DNA of 64,000 nucleotides. Origin: Octopus sinensis (taxonomy: Eukaryota). Under the pieces are notes generated by a model, which was not told the DNA's origin, searched no databases, and saw only the letters and a list, made by a program, of their open reading frames with translations. Every line of letters begins with the position of its first letter. Positions within the stretch are counted from its first letter, which is position 1. This document shows, in pieces, positions 12,666 through 28,306 of the stretch. The stretch covers positions 7,378,001 through 7,442,000 of the forward strand of contig NC_043001.1 in the NCBI RefSeq assembly GCF_006345805.1, read 5' to 3'. Both the position numbers and the translations under genes were made by a program.

Positions 12666-14349
12666 ATGTATGTATGTATGTATGTATGTATGCATTAATG
12701 TACATAACGCTAAACTTACAAACACTGTGCCCGGCTGAAAATCACGTAGAATTTTGTTCTCTAAACAGTCGCTCCTGACGCCTGGCCTGTAGCGTAGAAT
12801 TCTTCACGTAGCTAATACTTTATCATATTCTTCAGTTTCCACCATGGTATGGAACAGAGCAAACCACTGTGTGCTTCTTCAACATTATCGAAATGGTGAA
12901 TGGTAGAAGCGCCAAGTCTAGATGTCTTTCTAATTGGTTGTTCGCGTGGACAGCCATTTGGCTATATAATATCGAAACACTGAACCTTACATAAAATTAT
13001 CTTAATATTATATTTATTGAATTCCGGTGGTTAAGTTGGATATTGAATTTACTGTAATAAGTTAACCAAGATTAACAAACGTAATATAATGACCAAATTG
13101 CCCATAAATCTTCCTTTGCTGCACATACTGATGCGTTCAACCCTCATAGAATCCAGTTATGCCACACCTGATACACATGTATACACTTACATAACACACA
13201 CTTGTCCATATCATAGAAAATGCGTATGCTGAACGCTGGTAGAAGCATAGATGTATGTATCTGTATATATATATAACTTATGCAGAAATTGAAGAAAATT
13301 CTTCATCAACAAACAAAATGTCTACCAACGGCTATTATTTTTTAATACAAATCGTTAATATTTCTAACAGTCGTTTCTGTTTCCAAAGTCTGTCAGCGCT
13401 GCTAAAGAAAATTATGAGAATAATATATGTTATATTCTATAACTCATCCCATCTGGTACATGGAGATTCATCAGAGTGAAGACAAATGCATAAAATAAAA
13501 GAAGAGAAGAGAAAAGAACAGGGCTTCGAGATGAAGAAAAAAGAAGGCTTAATATATTTGAATCATAACATTTTGCTGTTAAGCGCTTGAAGTCGATGAG
13601 CAAGTGATTAAACTACAAACGTAATTGGCGGGGGTGAATCTTTCTTTAGGTGTACAAGGGTGTATAAATGATTAAAAAATATAACAAGTACTTTAGTATA
13701 ACGCGATTCACCAATAGGTTTAGAAACAGAATTGTACTCAAGTTTTCGTAACTAGCATTAATTACATTATTTACATTTAACGGATATTTGTTCTCACCTT
13801 GTTTGTTGTTAGCTGTAGTACTAATTAATGTTTATCCAAATAACATGCCCATAGAATAATTACATTAATATATTTACTGATATATTTGAAAGATCAACCA
13901 CCTGTTGTTCGTAATGGGATTGATCAAGGTCCTGATACCAAGAAAATGTATATATACATATATGCATACGCATACACACACACACACACACACACACACA
14001 TATTTATTTATATATAAGAGGGATTCGGTGTGTTTGATGTTTGTCCCACAAATCATAAGTGAGACACCATTTCATTTATAAGCGTAGGCGTTTTGTTTAC
14101 TTTCACATTTTAACTATAATGATGATAATGATGATGACGGTTTGACCAGAGCTAAATTGCCAAAATTCCAAAGAATCGACACCTTTCAATCTCTCTCTCA
14201 CCCCGTCTCTCTATTTATCTTTCTGTCTTTCTATTTAACCGGAAATTGTCCTGTGATGAGAATGGTCACCGTACGAAAAAATGACAACCACCACACCATA
14301 TATATTTATTCATTTATTTATTCAAGGATGCATAATTAAACACAGTCAA

Positions 14350-14388
<39 letters not shown>

Positions 14389-15655
14389 AATGAGTTCCAC
14401 AATTAAAAATAGAAAAAAATGGGGTATGTACGTCCAACTAAAAATTCTTGTAGGTGTTGCCCCAGCATGGCCACAATCTCATGACTGAAATAAGTAAAAG
14501 GCGAAAAGAAAGGATACTTAAAAGAAAATTATAACAGTAGGTGTTTGGTCCACTTTCACCAGCAGAGCGGAACTCTAAAAAATGGCGCCGCTATTTTATG
14601 TATCTGTCTCTCTCTTTCTCTCTCTCTCTCTGAAAGAACACACACATCACACACGTGCACGCACATACACACACACACACAACACACTCACACACACATA
14701 CACACATATTCATTCATGTTTCAGATATAACCATTTTTTACTAACTTCTCCGTACCGATATAAATATACACATTTCTTTTACATAAGCAGAGACAGTCTA
14801 ATTGTGAAGCCATCCGCACAGAGACATAAATTCTCAGCGAAGCGAAAATCTTCGACACGCCAACAAAAAGACAACAACACAATGTCTTGCTCAGCATTCC
14901 TATAATACAATATAAAAAAACTGGCACAATTCAGCATTTGGGTTGAGTAGATTTATTTGGGTTTCGTAGATTTATTTGGGTTTAGTAGATTTATTTCTCT
15001 ATTATTCACTGACACTCAAACCTCGTTCGTACTTTCACTTCACTACAACGTACTGATATTCATTACCAATAACATTTCTCATTCCCTTAAGCTGTTCTTC
15101 TATATGATACACCTATTTTCCTTGCATTACTTTAACATAGCGTCCGAATTGCATTTCCGTATTACTTACTGATATTTATTATCAAGAAAACGTTTCATAA
15201 AAAAAAAAGACCGACACAAAGCGAAAATCAAACAAACGCATGATGTACATCAGGAAACATAGATGAGACACGCGCACGGCTTGCAGATCAGCGACAGAGA
15301 AAGAAAGCTCGACGTGCATCTGAAATTGAACATCAATGGAACGCTAGGTAAATAAAATAACACAAACAACTCACTTATTATTGTCATATGACAAACAAAC
15401 ACAAGTTCATGTACGATATTGATCGTTCATCTACTTCAATTATTACAAAGTTTTCTCTTCTAAAAATGCAAACATAAACAGCAAAGTAATTACCCGATCA
15501 ACGACGGGTTTTGCTGTTGAATCTGGAACTCGACTGGGAAAAGAAATCTTCGAATGACTCGTCCGTGATTTTTCTTGTCCCATTTTTGTATCATCTAGCT
15601 GTATGGATGTTTTGTGTTCCTGTCCCATATTTTGCATTTCTTTATACATACCTAC

Positions 15656-15703
<48 letters not shown>

Positions 15704-16265
15704 CATGCAGATATATCGCGATACACCTATGGATTATATTATATTATACCATATATTATATATACTATATACATTTAAAAAATATAGACTTATATATATA
15801 TTATATATATATATATATATATACAAAACAAATGTATACATGTAATTACACTCACATCTATCCTTGTCGATAAATATATATATATATGTTTATCGAAGAC
15901 CTACACGATAAATTCATAATATATTGATATATTTGTAATATATTAAACGTTGTCACCATTAACAAAAAGCAATTGAGAACAGCTGCTCTTAAAAAGCGTG
16001 AAGACATCTCCATCCCCCCCTCTCTCTCTCCCTATCTGTCTTCCTATTTATCTCAATATCTATACACACACAAACGCTCACACATACACGCACATGCACA
16101 TACAGACACACACACATATATATATTCGTCTTCATATTTACGAGTCTAGCCTTGTATAGATATTAATATTTTATGTTTTAGAACAAAGCGTTTAGGTTAA
16201 TAACGAAAAACGTTACCAAAAGGAGGGACCAAGGTAGAACGATTATACTATGAACTTCTTTGCTA

Positions 16266-16310
<45 letters not shown>

Positions 16311-16453
16311 ATATATATAGATCAATAAATGGTGGGGTTGTGTTGACCGCACGTGGAAATGATAAGTAAGGAAAATTTTTTTTTAAATGCAGAATGCTCA
16401 AATGAATAAAATTTAATAAAATGAGAATTGAAAAATATATAAAATATATATTT

Positions 16454-16490
16454 TTCAACCGGTTTTCGTCATTGTATGACTTGTCAAGAA
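16454..16490 (-). ncRNA. Minimal hammerhead, U3-A8 core variant, within a short (TA)n-flanked insert (~16320-16530)
   Basis: Reverse complement reads UUC-UUGACAA-GUCAU(aca)AUGAC-GAAAA-CCGGUU-GAA: 5-bp stem II and palindromic stem III, with one extra A after GAAA. Confidence 0.5.
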
Positions 16491-16941
16491 TATTTATGTT
16501 TTAAAAGGTTTTTTAAAAATTAAAAGGGGATATTATATATTATAATATATATATCTATATATATATATATATAATATATATAATATACAGGGAGAGAGAG
16601 AGAGAGAGGGGGAGAGATGGGGAGCGCATGAGAGATACGTATAGAAAGAAGATAAGTCTGTATTCCCATTCAACATACGGAAAAATAGAGAAGGATATAA
16701 GATATAACGTTAGATCCTAAGAGGAGAATAATCATTCTATCTGCGTCTACTTCTTGTTACAAAACGGAAAGATCTGTAACAAATCTGAAAGAAAATGCCA
16801 CAACTACCATGCACATAAATAGGAGGAAATGACGTTTAATAAACAGAAATATTAAGAAACTGATACTGACAACAAAAACACATAGGGAACATAATTTATT
16901 ATTCATATTCGAAAAATGTATTTTGTAAGGTATTGCACTGA

Positions 16942-17025
16942 ACATTATTTACATTATTTATATTTGACGGATATTTGTCCCCATCTTTGTTGTTAAGACA
17001 ACGTTTCGGCTGATATACCCTCCAG
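16942..17025 (-). repeat. Dispersed repeat ending in a truncated hammerhead half (related copy at ~13760-13812)
   Basis: ACATTATTTA(C/T)ATTT(G/A)ACGGATATTTGT is shared with ~13763. The reverse complement ends CUGG(agggUAUA)UCAGCC-GAAAC-GUU-GUC; the CUGANGA half is missing. Confidence 0.5.
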
Positions 17026-18491
17026 TGGTTTGGTGCAGTAACGATCACAAACCGAGTTAAATAACTATGGGGTGTTTATAGGAATGGGGCGATTTAAACT
17101 AAACTTAATTCATCCATACCTTAAAGTAAATGATGCTTCGAATTATTCAAATTTAGCCCCCATTTCATTGTGCGAAAGTACATTTATACGCATGTAGGTA
17201 TCTTGAGAGTCTTTCAGAAATTCTATTAATGATCTTCTCATATGTATATGGGTGTCTGTGTTTCTCTGTGTATAAGCACACATAGAGAGAGACTCATGCA
17301 TACTTACACATAGAAATATATACAAGCAAATAAGTATATATGCGTATGTAAGTGTGTGTGCGTGTGTGTGCTGTTATGTATTTCTGCGGACATGTTCCTC
17401 GCACGGTATTTATATTCACTATCTTGTCTCATGTTTCTTTATGTCAAAAATAAAACAAGCTCATTTGAATAAGGAACATCTATTACATAGCAGATTCATA
17501 AATATTTGTCTCGAGTATTTCCAGTCGTACACATTCTAATGGTGGTATGGATATTTTCGGCAATTGAATGCCGAAAATGACGTGAAGGAATATTAAAAAT
17601 CGCGTTTCAAAAGTAACCAGGTTCATAAAGCTCATAATGTACTGCCTAATATCTTTGGGTAACGTAATTCCCATTATTATGGACCCAATAATTCATTGCA
17701 AAATCTATAAAGGAATTTAATATTACTGTTTTCCCCTCACCTTTTTTTACACACTTTGTCGTGTGCTGCCATTTTCCAGCAAAATAACATCGATACTTGC
17801 ACAATAATCTGAATTTCTTTCCGTTTGTATGTGACAACGCCAGTCTGCATTATCAACGCAGTTTGATCTAGACACGTTATGTAAAGAATATAATAAGGTT
17901 TTAGGCAGCAGTTTTCTTTTAACTCAGATCGGGTGAAAGGATACAAACGGAAAGAAATGAGTTAAAGACTATTCCCTTGTCTTCTTTTACAGCATTTTTC
18001 TTCTCATAGTGCCGTTAATACGATATGATTGTTTTCACATTCCAGTATGCCCAACATTGCTATAATGGAGGGGATACTCGTCCGTCGATCAAATAGCTAT
18101 TTCTCATGCTTCCAGCTAAATGGACTCTACTAAAGTCATGTAACAATGAACTGCTGGTCTTAAACCTGTCAGCAAATATGTCACGGAAGCAATAAGTAAA
18201 AAGTTTCCCCGACCGATTTCTACGATGTTTCTATGAAGTAGTTTTCATTGAAGACAATTTGGAAGTAGATATCCTGGTACCACACACAGGTAAAATATTC
18301 CATGTGACCAAATTTAATTCGACACCAACTATACACAACGCGTACTTCTTAGAATTAATGACATGGTCTTAACACTTGAACTATTCAAACACTAAACTGT
18401 TTCTAACTATCTTACAGAAAAAATAGGCAACACCTAGCTTAAATCACCAAAACTATTATATATATTCTTGCTTCACTGCAGCATGTGTTAC

Positions 18492-18612
18492 GGCAGCAAG
18501 CTGCAGAATCGTTGTTGATCCAGACAAAATACTCACCGGCATTTACTTCCGGCTTTATGTTCTGAGTTCAAATTCCACAGAGGTCAACATTGCCTATTAT
18601 CATTCCAGGGCC
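18492..18612 (+). mobile_element. SINE family A, diverged partial
   Basis: GGCAGCAAGCTGCAGAATCG...TTCTGAGTTCAAATTCCACAGAGGTCAAC. Confidence 0.65.
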
Positions 18613-18744
18613 CATGAAATAATTAATTTATTCGATATAATTGCTCCAACTCTCCACATAATGAGTTGAAATCCTTGTGATCTCATCACAGTGGGGTCAG
18701 TAAAATATGAGAAATATGCCATGAAGATGTCATCTACTAACCTA

Positions 18745-18964
18745 GAGCTGGCAGAAACGTTAGCATGCCGGGCGAAATGCGTAGCCGTATTTCGTCTGTC
18801 GTTACATTCTGAGTTCAAATTCCGCCGAGGTCGACTTTGCCTTTCATCCTTTCGGGGTCGATAAATTAAGTACCAGTTTCGCACTGGGGTCGATGTAATC
18901 GACTTAATCCCTTTGTCTGTCTTTGTTTGTCCCCTCTATGTTTAGCCCCTTGTGGGTAGTAAAG

Positions 18965-18969
<5 letters not shown>
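18745..18969 (+). mobile_element. SINE family A
   Basis: Near-consensus copy from GAGCTGGCAGAAACG to AAAGAAATA. Confidence 0.9.
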
Positions 18970-19007
<38 letters not shown>

Positions 19008-20121
19008 GTATTACATTGATATATTAAATCATCCTTTTATAGACATGTATTTTCTTAAAACATCTTAGAAGAATATGTTCGCGTATACAAGTGCTAGATA
19101 ATGTTGCCGCTGACCGGCCCTTGCCAGATTTATTATTGAAGTCATAGTAACGAAAATATGTAGAGAGATAGATGAATTGCTCCAATAGTATTCCACTGTT
19201 GTGGGTTGACACGTTTTTGTGGAATGTATAGTGCATTATACAATAATGTGCGCTTTGTCAGTGTATTGGAGAACTCGAATAAAGCAAAGAGTGCACGCTA
19301 ATAATACTTATTAACCGTTGCTACTCTGAGTTCCACACATTTGTGAGTTCATAGCATGTCATCTGCTGAGTATCGGTAATTACTGAATTGCATAATACAA
19401 AGTTCAAATTATTGTCAGAAACACACAAAAAGTTGCTGTATCAACATTTATTATTAAAATTTGCTCAGATAAACAGAATATTTTAGTGAATAAGGGACAA
19501 AAAATATCTGTTTGTCATGTTAGAGAGCAAACAGCTATTAAAATATAATATTATTATTCCAGGGAATATATTATGAAATATATTTTTATTTTATTTGCAA
19601 ATAAAGCAACATTATTTCTTAACTCACCTATAAACTATCACATATTAAGCAAATTACCGTAATTTGGTGCATAGCAGTTTTCAGTAAATAACACTGGTAG
19701 TTACTGAAATATAATAGATAAATAATGTTTTGTTATTACGAAGTCTCTTTTCTGTAAAATGTTTTTTCAAATATGCACGTTGCTACAATGGAGTAAAATA
19801 GATATGAAAATAGCATATATTTGATAAACAAAATAATGACTTTTGGTAACATGAAATTAAATGTTGTAATACTCGTAAAAGTAAATGCATTATTAATAAA
19901 TAGGAACGTTTACATACATGTACGTAAACGTGTTCGTATACATTCATAATTATATCTATGTATATATAAAACACATACACAAATACAAATATGTATATAT
20001 ATATATATTCGTGTATCAGTACACACACCCACAAACTCACAAAGATATATATATACACACACATACATGTATATATATTATATATATATATATATATATA
20101 GATATATATTATATATACGAT

Positions 20122-20320
20122 GAGCTGCCAGAATCAGTTGAATGCTGGGCGAAAACATTAGCCGCGTTTGCACCACCATGCACACTAAGTCCAAACTCCA
20201 CAAAGGTCGACGTCTCCATTGATCCAGTGTGGGTTGATCAGAATAAGTTTACGTCGAGCACTGTTGTCGACGAAAATGTCCCTCATCCGAAGTTGCAGAT
20301 CTTGTCCAAAAATTGGTATC
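20122..20320 (+). mobile_element. SINE family A, old diverged copy
   Basis: GAGCTGCCAGAATC...GGGCGAAA...AGTCCAAACTCCACAAAGGTCGAC; ends in (ATT)n. Confidence 0.5.
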
Positions 20321-20661
20321 ATTATTACAATTGTTATTTTTATCATTATTATTGTTATTGACTGAGAGCATGCTATCAAAATGACACTGGGGTAGAATAT
20401 ACGAAGCCCAGTATACCCATCATGACTACCCGTCTGATAAGAGTACACCAGGCACATGCGTCGCAAAAAAATATGTGCCCGACATGGTGACCTTATATTA
20501 AGATAAACTGAGCAGGTAGGGCGCGGCTAGCATTTTCTTCAGGTTGCGTAACACATCACGCTGTTCGTTTCTGGAATGAGAAGACTCATTGCAAAACTGT
20601 TATCTTAACGAGCTGTGTCTATTTATCCCCCGACGACACACATCTGCACCGCCAGATGTTC

Positions 20662-21913
<1,252 letters not shown>

Positions 21914-21918
21914 TATAT

Positions 21919-22170
21919 AAGAAAGTTGGTTTTTGTGAAACACGTGGGTGAATATATAAAAAATAGTAAAGAGTGAAAAAACGACAGAAGGCTTAAATGT
22001 AAAAATATATATATTTGCGTCAATAGTCTGAAGCATATTAGAAATTTTTAAACAAATTTTTTTTCCTTTATAATGAATTTCATCAACACAAATTAGACCA
22101 AACAAGGAAAAACTCCCACTGAAAAACAAGCCAGACTCAACCATGAAATACTGATACGAGAAATTCACAC
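21919..22170. mobile_element. Second copy of the 12.1-kb Penelope-like family with internal inversion
   Basis: 21960-22075 matches 12076-12190 in the same orientation. 22079-22170 matches the reverse complement of 12385-12480 (endonuclease end). Confidence 0.75.
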
Positions 22171-22448
22171 TTAATGTGAATTTCTTTGTATCATACACGT
22201 GCGGGCGTACGTACTCACGCAGACACAAACACAAAACTTCTGCGCGCGTGCATATACTTTTACGTGTAAGAGCGGGGGATTGTGGCCATGCTGTGAGTTA
22301 ATGTGTGCATTTCTGTTCTTTTTGATGTCTCTCAATTTGGTTTGGATTTGGTGGTTGATTGAGGAAAAAGCCGAACATCATTACTGTTTCTTGGAGAGCT
22401 GGGTTTTCATTCGGAATGCAAGGTAAAATAGAAAAATCCTGAGTTACC

Positions 22449-22666
22449 CTTTTACTCTTTACTCTTTTACTCTTTTACTTGTTTCAGTCATTTGACTGCG
22501 GCCATGCTGGAGCACCGCCCTTAGTCGAGCAACTCGACCCCGGGACTTATTCTTTATAAGCCCAGTACTTATTCTATCGGTCGCTTTTGCCGAACCGCTA
22601 AGTGACGGGGACGTAAACACACCAGCATCGGTTGTCAAGCAATGCTAGGGGACAAACACAGACACA

Positions 22667-22749
<83 letters not shown>

Positions 22750-22901
22750 GACAGGCTTCTTTCAGTTTCCGTCTACCAAATCCACTCACAAGGCATTGGT
22801 CGGCCGGGGGCTATAGTAGAAGACAGTTGCCCAAGATGCCACGCAGTGGGACTGAACCCGGAACCATGTGGTTGGTTAGCAAGCTACTTACCACACAGCC
22901 A
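22449..22901 (-). mobile_element. SINE family B (tRNA head, CORE-like segment, internal microsatellite, TAAAAGAG tail)
   Basis: Reverse complement reads TGTGGCTGTGTGGTAAGTAGCTTG...GGTTCAGTCCC...TTGGGCAA...(TA)n(TG)n...CCAGCATGGCCGCAGTCAAATGACTGAAACAAG(TAAAAGAG)n. Confidence 0.9.
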
Positions 22902-23289
22902 CAAGACGCAGCAACAACTGCATACTTAGGAGCTCAACGATCTTTTGAGAAGTCGCTGGAAAATTCTAAGCTTTGGAAATGTAAAATGTTACCATATTCT
23001 GCTCTTAATTTAATGCACGGTGTTGGGCATTTTGACGCATTTTCGGTATCCAGTTTGTGAGTTGTTATTCGGTTCACTCTGATATGTACACACACAGATA
23101 GAGACATGCGCGCGCACAAATATATATGGAATGCGCGTGTGCTTCTGTACGTGTGTGTGTTTGTGGGTGTGTGAGTGTGTGTATGTGTATGTGCGTGTGT
23201 GAATGGTTGTGTGTGTTGGTTTATGTTTATGGGGATCGACAGTCAGGCACGACACGCAAACGCATACACATACACACACATATATATAG

Positions 23290-23321
<32 letters not shown>

Positions 23322-23330
23322 AGATACGAG

Positions 23331-23573
23331 GACGCACCAGCAAGCGATGCTGGGGTGACAAACACAGAAACACAAACATATACACACACATATATATATA
23401 CACATATATACGACGGGCATTTTTCAGTTTCCGTCTACCAAATCCACTCACAAGGCTTTGGTCGCCTGAGGCTATAGTATATTGCACTTGCCCAAGGTGC
23501 CACGCAGTGGGACTGAACCTGGAACCATGTGGCTGGTAAGCAAGCTACTTACCACACAGCCACTCCTACGCCT
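23331..23573 (-). mobile_element. SINE family B, 3'-truncated
   Basis: Head to internal microsatellite matches the other copies. Confidence 0.85.
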
Positions 23574-24075
23574 GTATATGTAGCTTGGTGTTCGCTTGCC
23601 TTTCACTATTTACAACACAAATTCATGTGCCAACATAAAATATGTGATAGCTGAATGGAGGTTCTCACGGTTAGTGTGATTGGTGCTATGTAGAATTTGC
23701 TAGAAAATGATTGGTCGATGGTGCTTCATATGATATTACAGATGTTTACGCATTTGTAAACTACATTATGTGTACAAGAGTAAGAAAGAAAGAAGAGTGC
23801 ACAGTTAAGTTCGTGTGAAACGTTTATATGATTCGAAAAAAAAATTCAATACCAAATCAAATAACAACATGCACTGTGAACACCAGAGTGCAATATTTTA
23901 ACATGCTACGCATGTGGTGAGAACTATTTTGGGTGTTAAATATTTAAATTCGATCTAACATGGTGAATTGTTGTTTTGCTGTCTCAGATGATAAAGTGTA
24001 AATGTTTTTCAATTAAACATTTTCTCTGTATTCAATGCAAATCATTGTTTTTTTAATTCATATATAAATACATTA

Positions 24076-24452
24076 TGGAGGCGCAGTGTCCCAGTGGTTA
24101 GAGCAGCGGACTCGCGGTCGTAGGATCGTGGTTTCGATTCTCAGACCGGGCGTTGTGAGTGTTTGTTGAGCGAAAACACCTAAATCTGAAGAAGGCTTCG
24201 GCAGGTGAAGGAGGCGAACGCTGCTGTATTCTTTCACCACAACTTTCTCTCTCTCTTTCTAACTGTTTCTGTTGTACCTGTATTTCAAAGGGCCAGCTTT
24301 GTCCCACACTGTGTCACGCTGAGACTCCCCGAGAACTACGTTAAGGGTACACATGTCTGTGGAGTGCTCAACCAATCACAAGCTAATTTCACGAGCAGAC
24401 TGTTCAGTTGAATGGATCAACTGGAACACGCGTCGTCGTAACCGACGGAAAG
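24076..24452 (+). mobile_element. SINE family C (tRNA-like head)
   Basis: TGGAGGCGCAGTGTCCCAGTGGTTAGAGCAGCGGACTCGCGGTCGTAGGATCGTGGTTTCGATTC head with A/B boxes; tail ...CGTCGTCGTAACCGACGG. Confidence 0.9.
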
Positions 24453-25161
24453 CCAAGATCATAAATACCGTCTTGTAAAGCTTTTCATGAGATAAGAACC
24501 AAGATGCTGTTGATTCCGGTATAGATCTGTGATAAAATATGATGCGCTAATTTAAATCTTACATACGCTATGCATAGTATTAGTTCTGTCCAATTCGTGG
24601 TTTGCTCCGCTAATCATTTACAGATGAACAGCTGAATAAAACTACCTTTGATTTATCTGAAGCGAAATACTTTAATTAAAAATATATATATATATATATT
24701 TCACTGTTTTTTACTATATCCATTGGCTGAAAATTCACAATTTCTATATCTCCTTTTTTAATTAATTCTAATTATGATCTTCTATGTCATTCTGTCTCTG
24801 ACTTTGTTGTTATTAGTTTAAATGTGGAGACTGCATTTTCTCTTTATCAGCAAACTAATAGTCGTTTCTTCCTTTTAGCAGATGAAACTTCAAAACCTTT
24901 TTTCATAATTTGAAAACAGTTAGATGATGGGAGAAGTTGACAGTTATCTTATAACATGCATGTTGTCTGCATCCTGAATCTAGAGAGACATCATTACTGC
25001 ACCTATTGTGACATCGCTAATATTTCTGACATATTGATTGTGATTGCATCATATAATTTTCAATGACAACTATGATATATTAACGAAGAATTTTGCACTG
25101 GAATCGTCTTCTTAAAAGATTTTATTGCTGATAGTCTGAATCTAAACGCACTGACAGACAG

Positions 25162-25193
<32 letters not shown>

Positions 25194-26824
25194 AAGCATG
25201 CACATATACCAAGACACGTATGAATGAGGTAGTCTTTGCTAGGAAACATTTCATTATGTTCTTGTCATAAGCAAAGCAAAGCAAGAATTGTTCTCGTAGA
25301 CGTAGACAGTTCTATGAATTCTTAAAATAAAGCCGAAGACTATAACATTATCTGTAAGATTTCGCTAGAGCTGAATTTTATTCTATTCTGCGTTCTATGA
25401 CTGTGTGTACCTGCATGCGTATATCTGTGTGTGTATAGAAAAGTCTTAAAGTCCATCTTAGTAATTATTGGTCCCAATTCACGAATAACTGCAGCTGTAT
25501 TGAAACTATGACATGCTACACATCTGATATTTATACTCCTTTATGTTGTCAACTAACCTCATAGGATGATTGTATTCCGCTAAAGAAATGTGCTCTGATA
25601 TTTTGTACAGACAGCGTATAGCTTAGAGCTTGTGATAATTATATCGAGCATTACAAAAATATAAATGCTGAGAGGTTGAAATATTTGGAAACTTTATAGC
25701 GTAGTTAGTGTGACATGCTTGCAAAATTACTGTAGTAGACAGGAATAATTAAATTTTCCGAGAAATAATCAACAATATAAATATTCTGATACACATACAG
25801 GCCGAACATTATTTACCACCGAAAATATATCGTATATCTTGTCATATAGGTATGTGTGTATTAGAAATATATATATATATATATACCTACATATATATAT
25901 ATATATTATATATATGTGTGTGTGTGTGTGTATATATACACATATACATATATATATATGTATATATATATATATACAAACATACACATATATATATATT
26001 TATATATATATACATATACACAGACACGCAGACGCATTCACACACATATACATGCGTGTGAGTCTCTGTACATATATTTGTAAGTGCGTATGAATACGGA
26101 TACCTATATGTGTGTGTTTGTGCGTGTGTTTCAGTGAGTATATGTGAGTATATGTGAGTATATGTTTGTATAAAATCAATAGTATGACCGCGTAAATATA
26201 TGCGTGTGTCTTCATGAATCAAAAATTTAATAGGAATTAAAATATATGCTGGAATTTTTATTAAAGCATAGGTTAATATATGCATATATACACTCAGATA
26301 AAGAAAGAAATTATGAAAATATATACTGAGGGAAGAGAAAAAGTACTTTAAAATTGTCTGTATTGGAATATTCCGAATTGCAAACACAAATTGCTTTGCG
26401 TAACATCATAGTGATTATAATACGTTGTTTAAAAAAATGCAATATATATTTAATATCGTAAGTTAAATTGTTACATTTTTCAATTCAATAAAACTTTCCC
26501 AGCAATGATATATTAATATATTATTCATTTCCAACAGATTTTCTATAAAACGTAACGCATCGCAATAACAGAATATTAATATACACATTGGATTACGGCT
26601 TATGTTTTTTGAACTAGAAAGATTTGTAATATTGGCATAAATTGTACATATGTATTACACAACGAAATTTTTGAAATTCCATTCATATGTAGAGATATAT
26701 GTGTATGCGTGTTTGAGTCTGAGTGAAAATATGAATCTGTATATATAAAATATGAATCTGTATATAATATATATATATATATTATATCATCGCCGGCCGG
26801 CCTTGTTTTGTATACGAAATATAT

Positions 26825-26889
<65 letters not shown>

Positions 26890-27174
26890 CACACACATAC
26901 ATATATATATATATATAATATTATGTATGGTTGTATGTATGTACCTACATATATTTCATTAGTTTATAATAATCCAATTATGCTGCTTCGTGTACTTGGG
27001 TATTCCATGCGTAATTGGAGTAACACAGAATTATCGGTGCAATAATCTACGTGCTTAGTTACTTGAAGGCACACTCTACATTGTAACATTTTTAGATGAG
27101 TGTTCAACCTTCATTTCCTAAAAAATTCTGATAGTCTGTATTCCACTTCTCAGAATACGAAGCTCGCATTTCAT

Positions 27175-27206
<32 letters not shown>

Positions 27207-27524
27207 TTTATATATATATATAATAAACCAAACTTCTTATATCTTGAACGAGTCAATGAACACATCGATATAATAATTTTCACTTGTTACTTCTTTTAAG
27301 GGTCTCATTTGTCGAACAAGTAGGTTCAGGTGTGTCAAGAAAGCAACGATTGTTGAGTGTGGTGACAAGCACAAACGATGTGCCACTGACGTAAGCACGC
27401 ACGAAATCTCATAGACACTTACAGTTTCCTACATTAAAAGGGATAAGCACGAATAGTCTCCGCTCAACATCTTTTCATGCAATTCACTGGAAAGTTAGTG
27501 GCCATGTCGGGTCTATAGTCTATG

Positions 27525-27888
27525 GTAAGGGCAGCGGACTCGCGGTCGTAGGATCGCGGCTTCGATTCCCACACCGGGCGTTGTGAGTGTTTATTGAGCG
27601 AAAACACCTAAAAGCTCCACGAGGCTCCGGCAGGGGATGGTGGTGATCCCTGCTGTACCCTTTCACCACAACTTTCTCTCACTCTTACTTCCTGTTTCTG
27701 TTGTACCTGTATTTCAAAGGGCCGGCCTTGTCACTCTCCGTGTCACGCTGAATATCCCCGAGAACTACGTTAAGGGTACACGTGTCTGTGGAGTGCTCAG
27801 CCACTTATACGTTAATTTCACGAGCAGGCTGTTCCGTTGATTCGGATGAACCGGAACCCTTGTCGTCGTAACTGACGGAGTGCTTCCA
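27525..27888 (+). mobile_element. SINE family C
   Basis: Matches the 24076 and 61612 copies. Confidence 0.9.
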
Positions 27889-28022
27889 TAGTAGATATTT
27901 GTTCGATGTGCCGTGCAATGGGTCTGAACCAGAAATGTGGGAACAGGCCACGCTCCTGAGTTTCACAGCCATTCCCATACCCTTCTATGTATGCACATTT
28001 ACACGCTCACACATACACATAC

Positions 28023-28063
<41 letters not shown>

Positions 28064-28221
28064 ACACACACACACACATTATATATATATATATATATAT
28101 ATTATACATATATGTACATATATGTATATCGATATATGTGCGTAAATATATAAATCGTATATATCATATAAATTCATATATCTATACATATACAAATTGC
28201 GTACGTACATATGCGTACTTA

Positions 28222-28269
<48 letters not shown>

Positions 28270-28275
28270 ATATAC

Positions 28276-28306
<31 letters not shown>

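Noticed and set aside
12720-12960. Possible old mariner fragment
   Set aside because: Only a faint resemblance, with no intact motif.
15488-15530. Hammerhead-like CCGATCA...GAAT hairpin
   Set aside because: Several core positions are wrong, so it cannot be supported without a family consensus.
24076-24150. tRNA-like heads as tRNA genes
   Set aside because: They continue into SINE bodies and lack clean cloverleaf acceptor stems.
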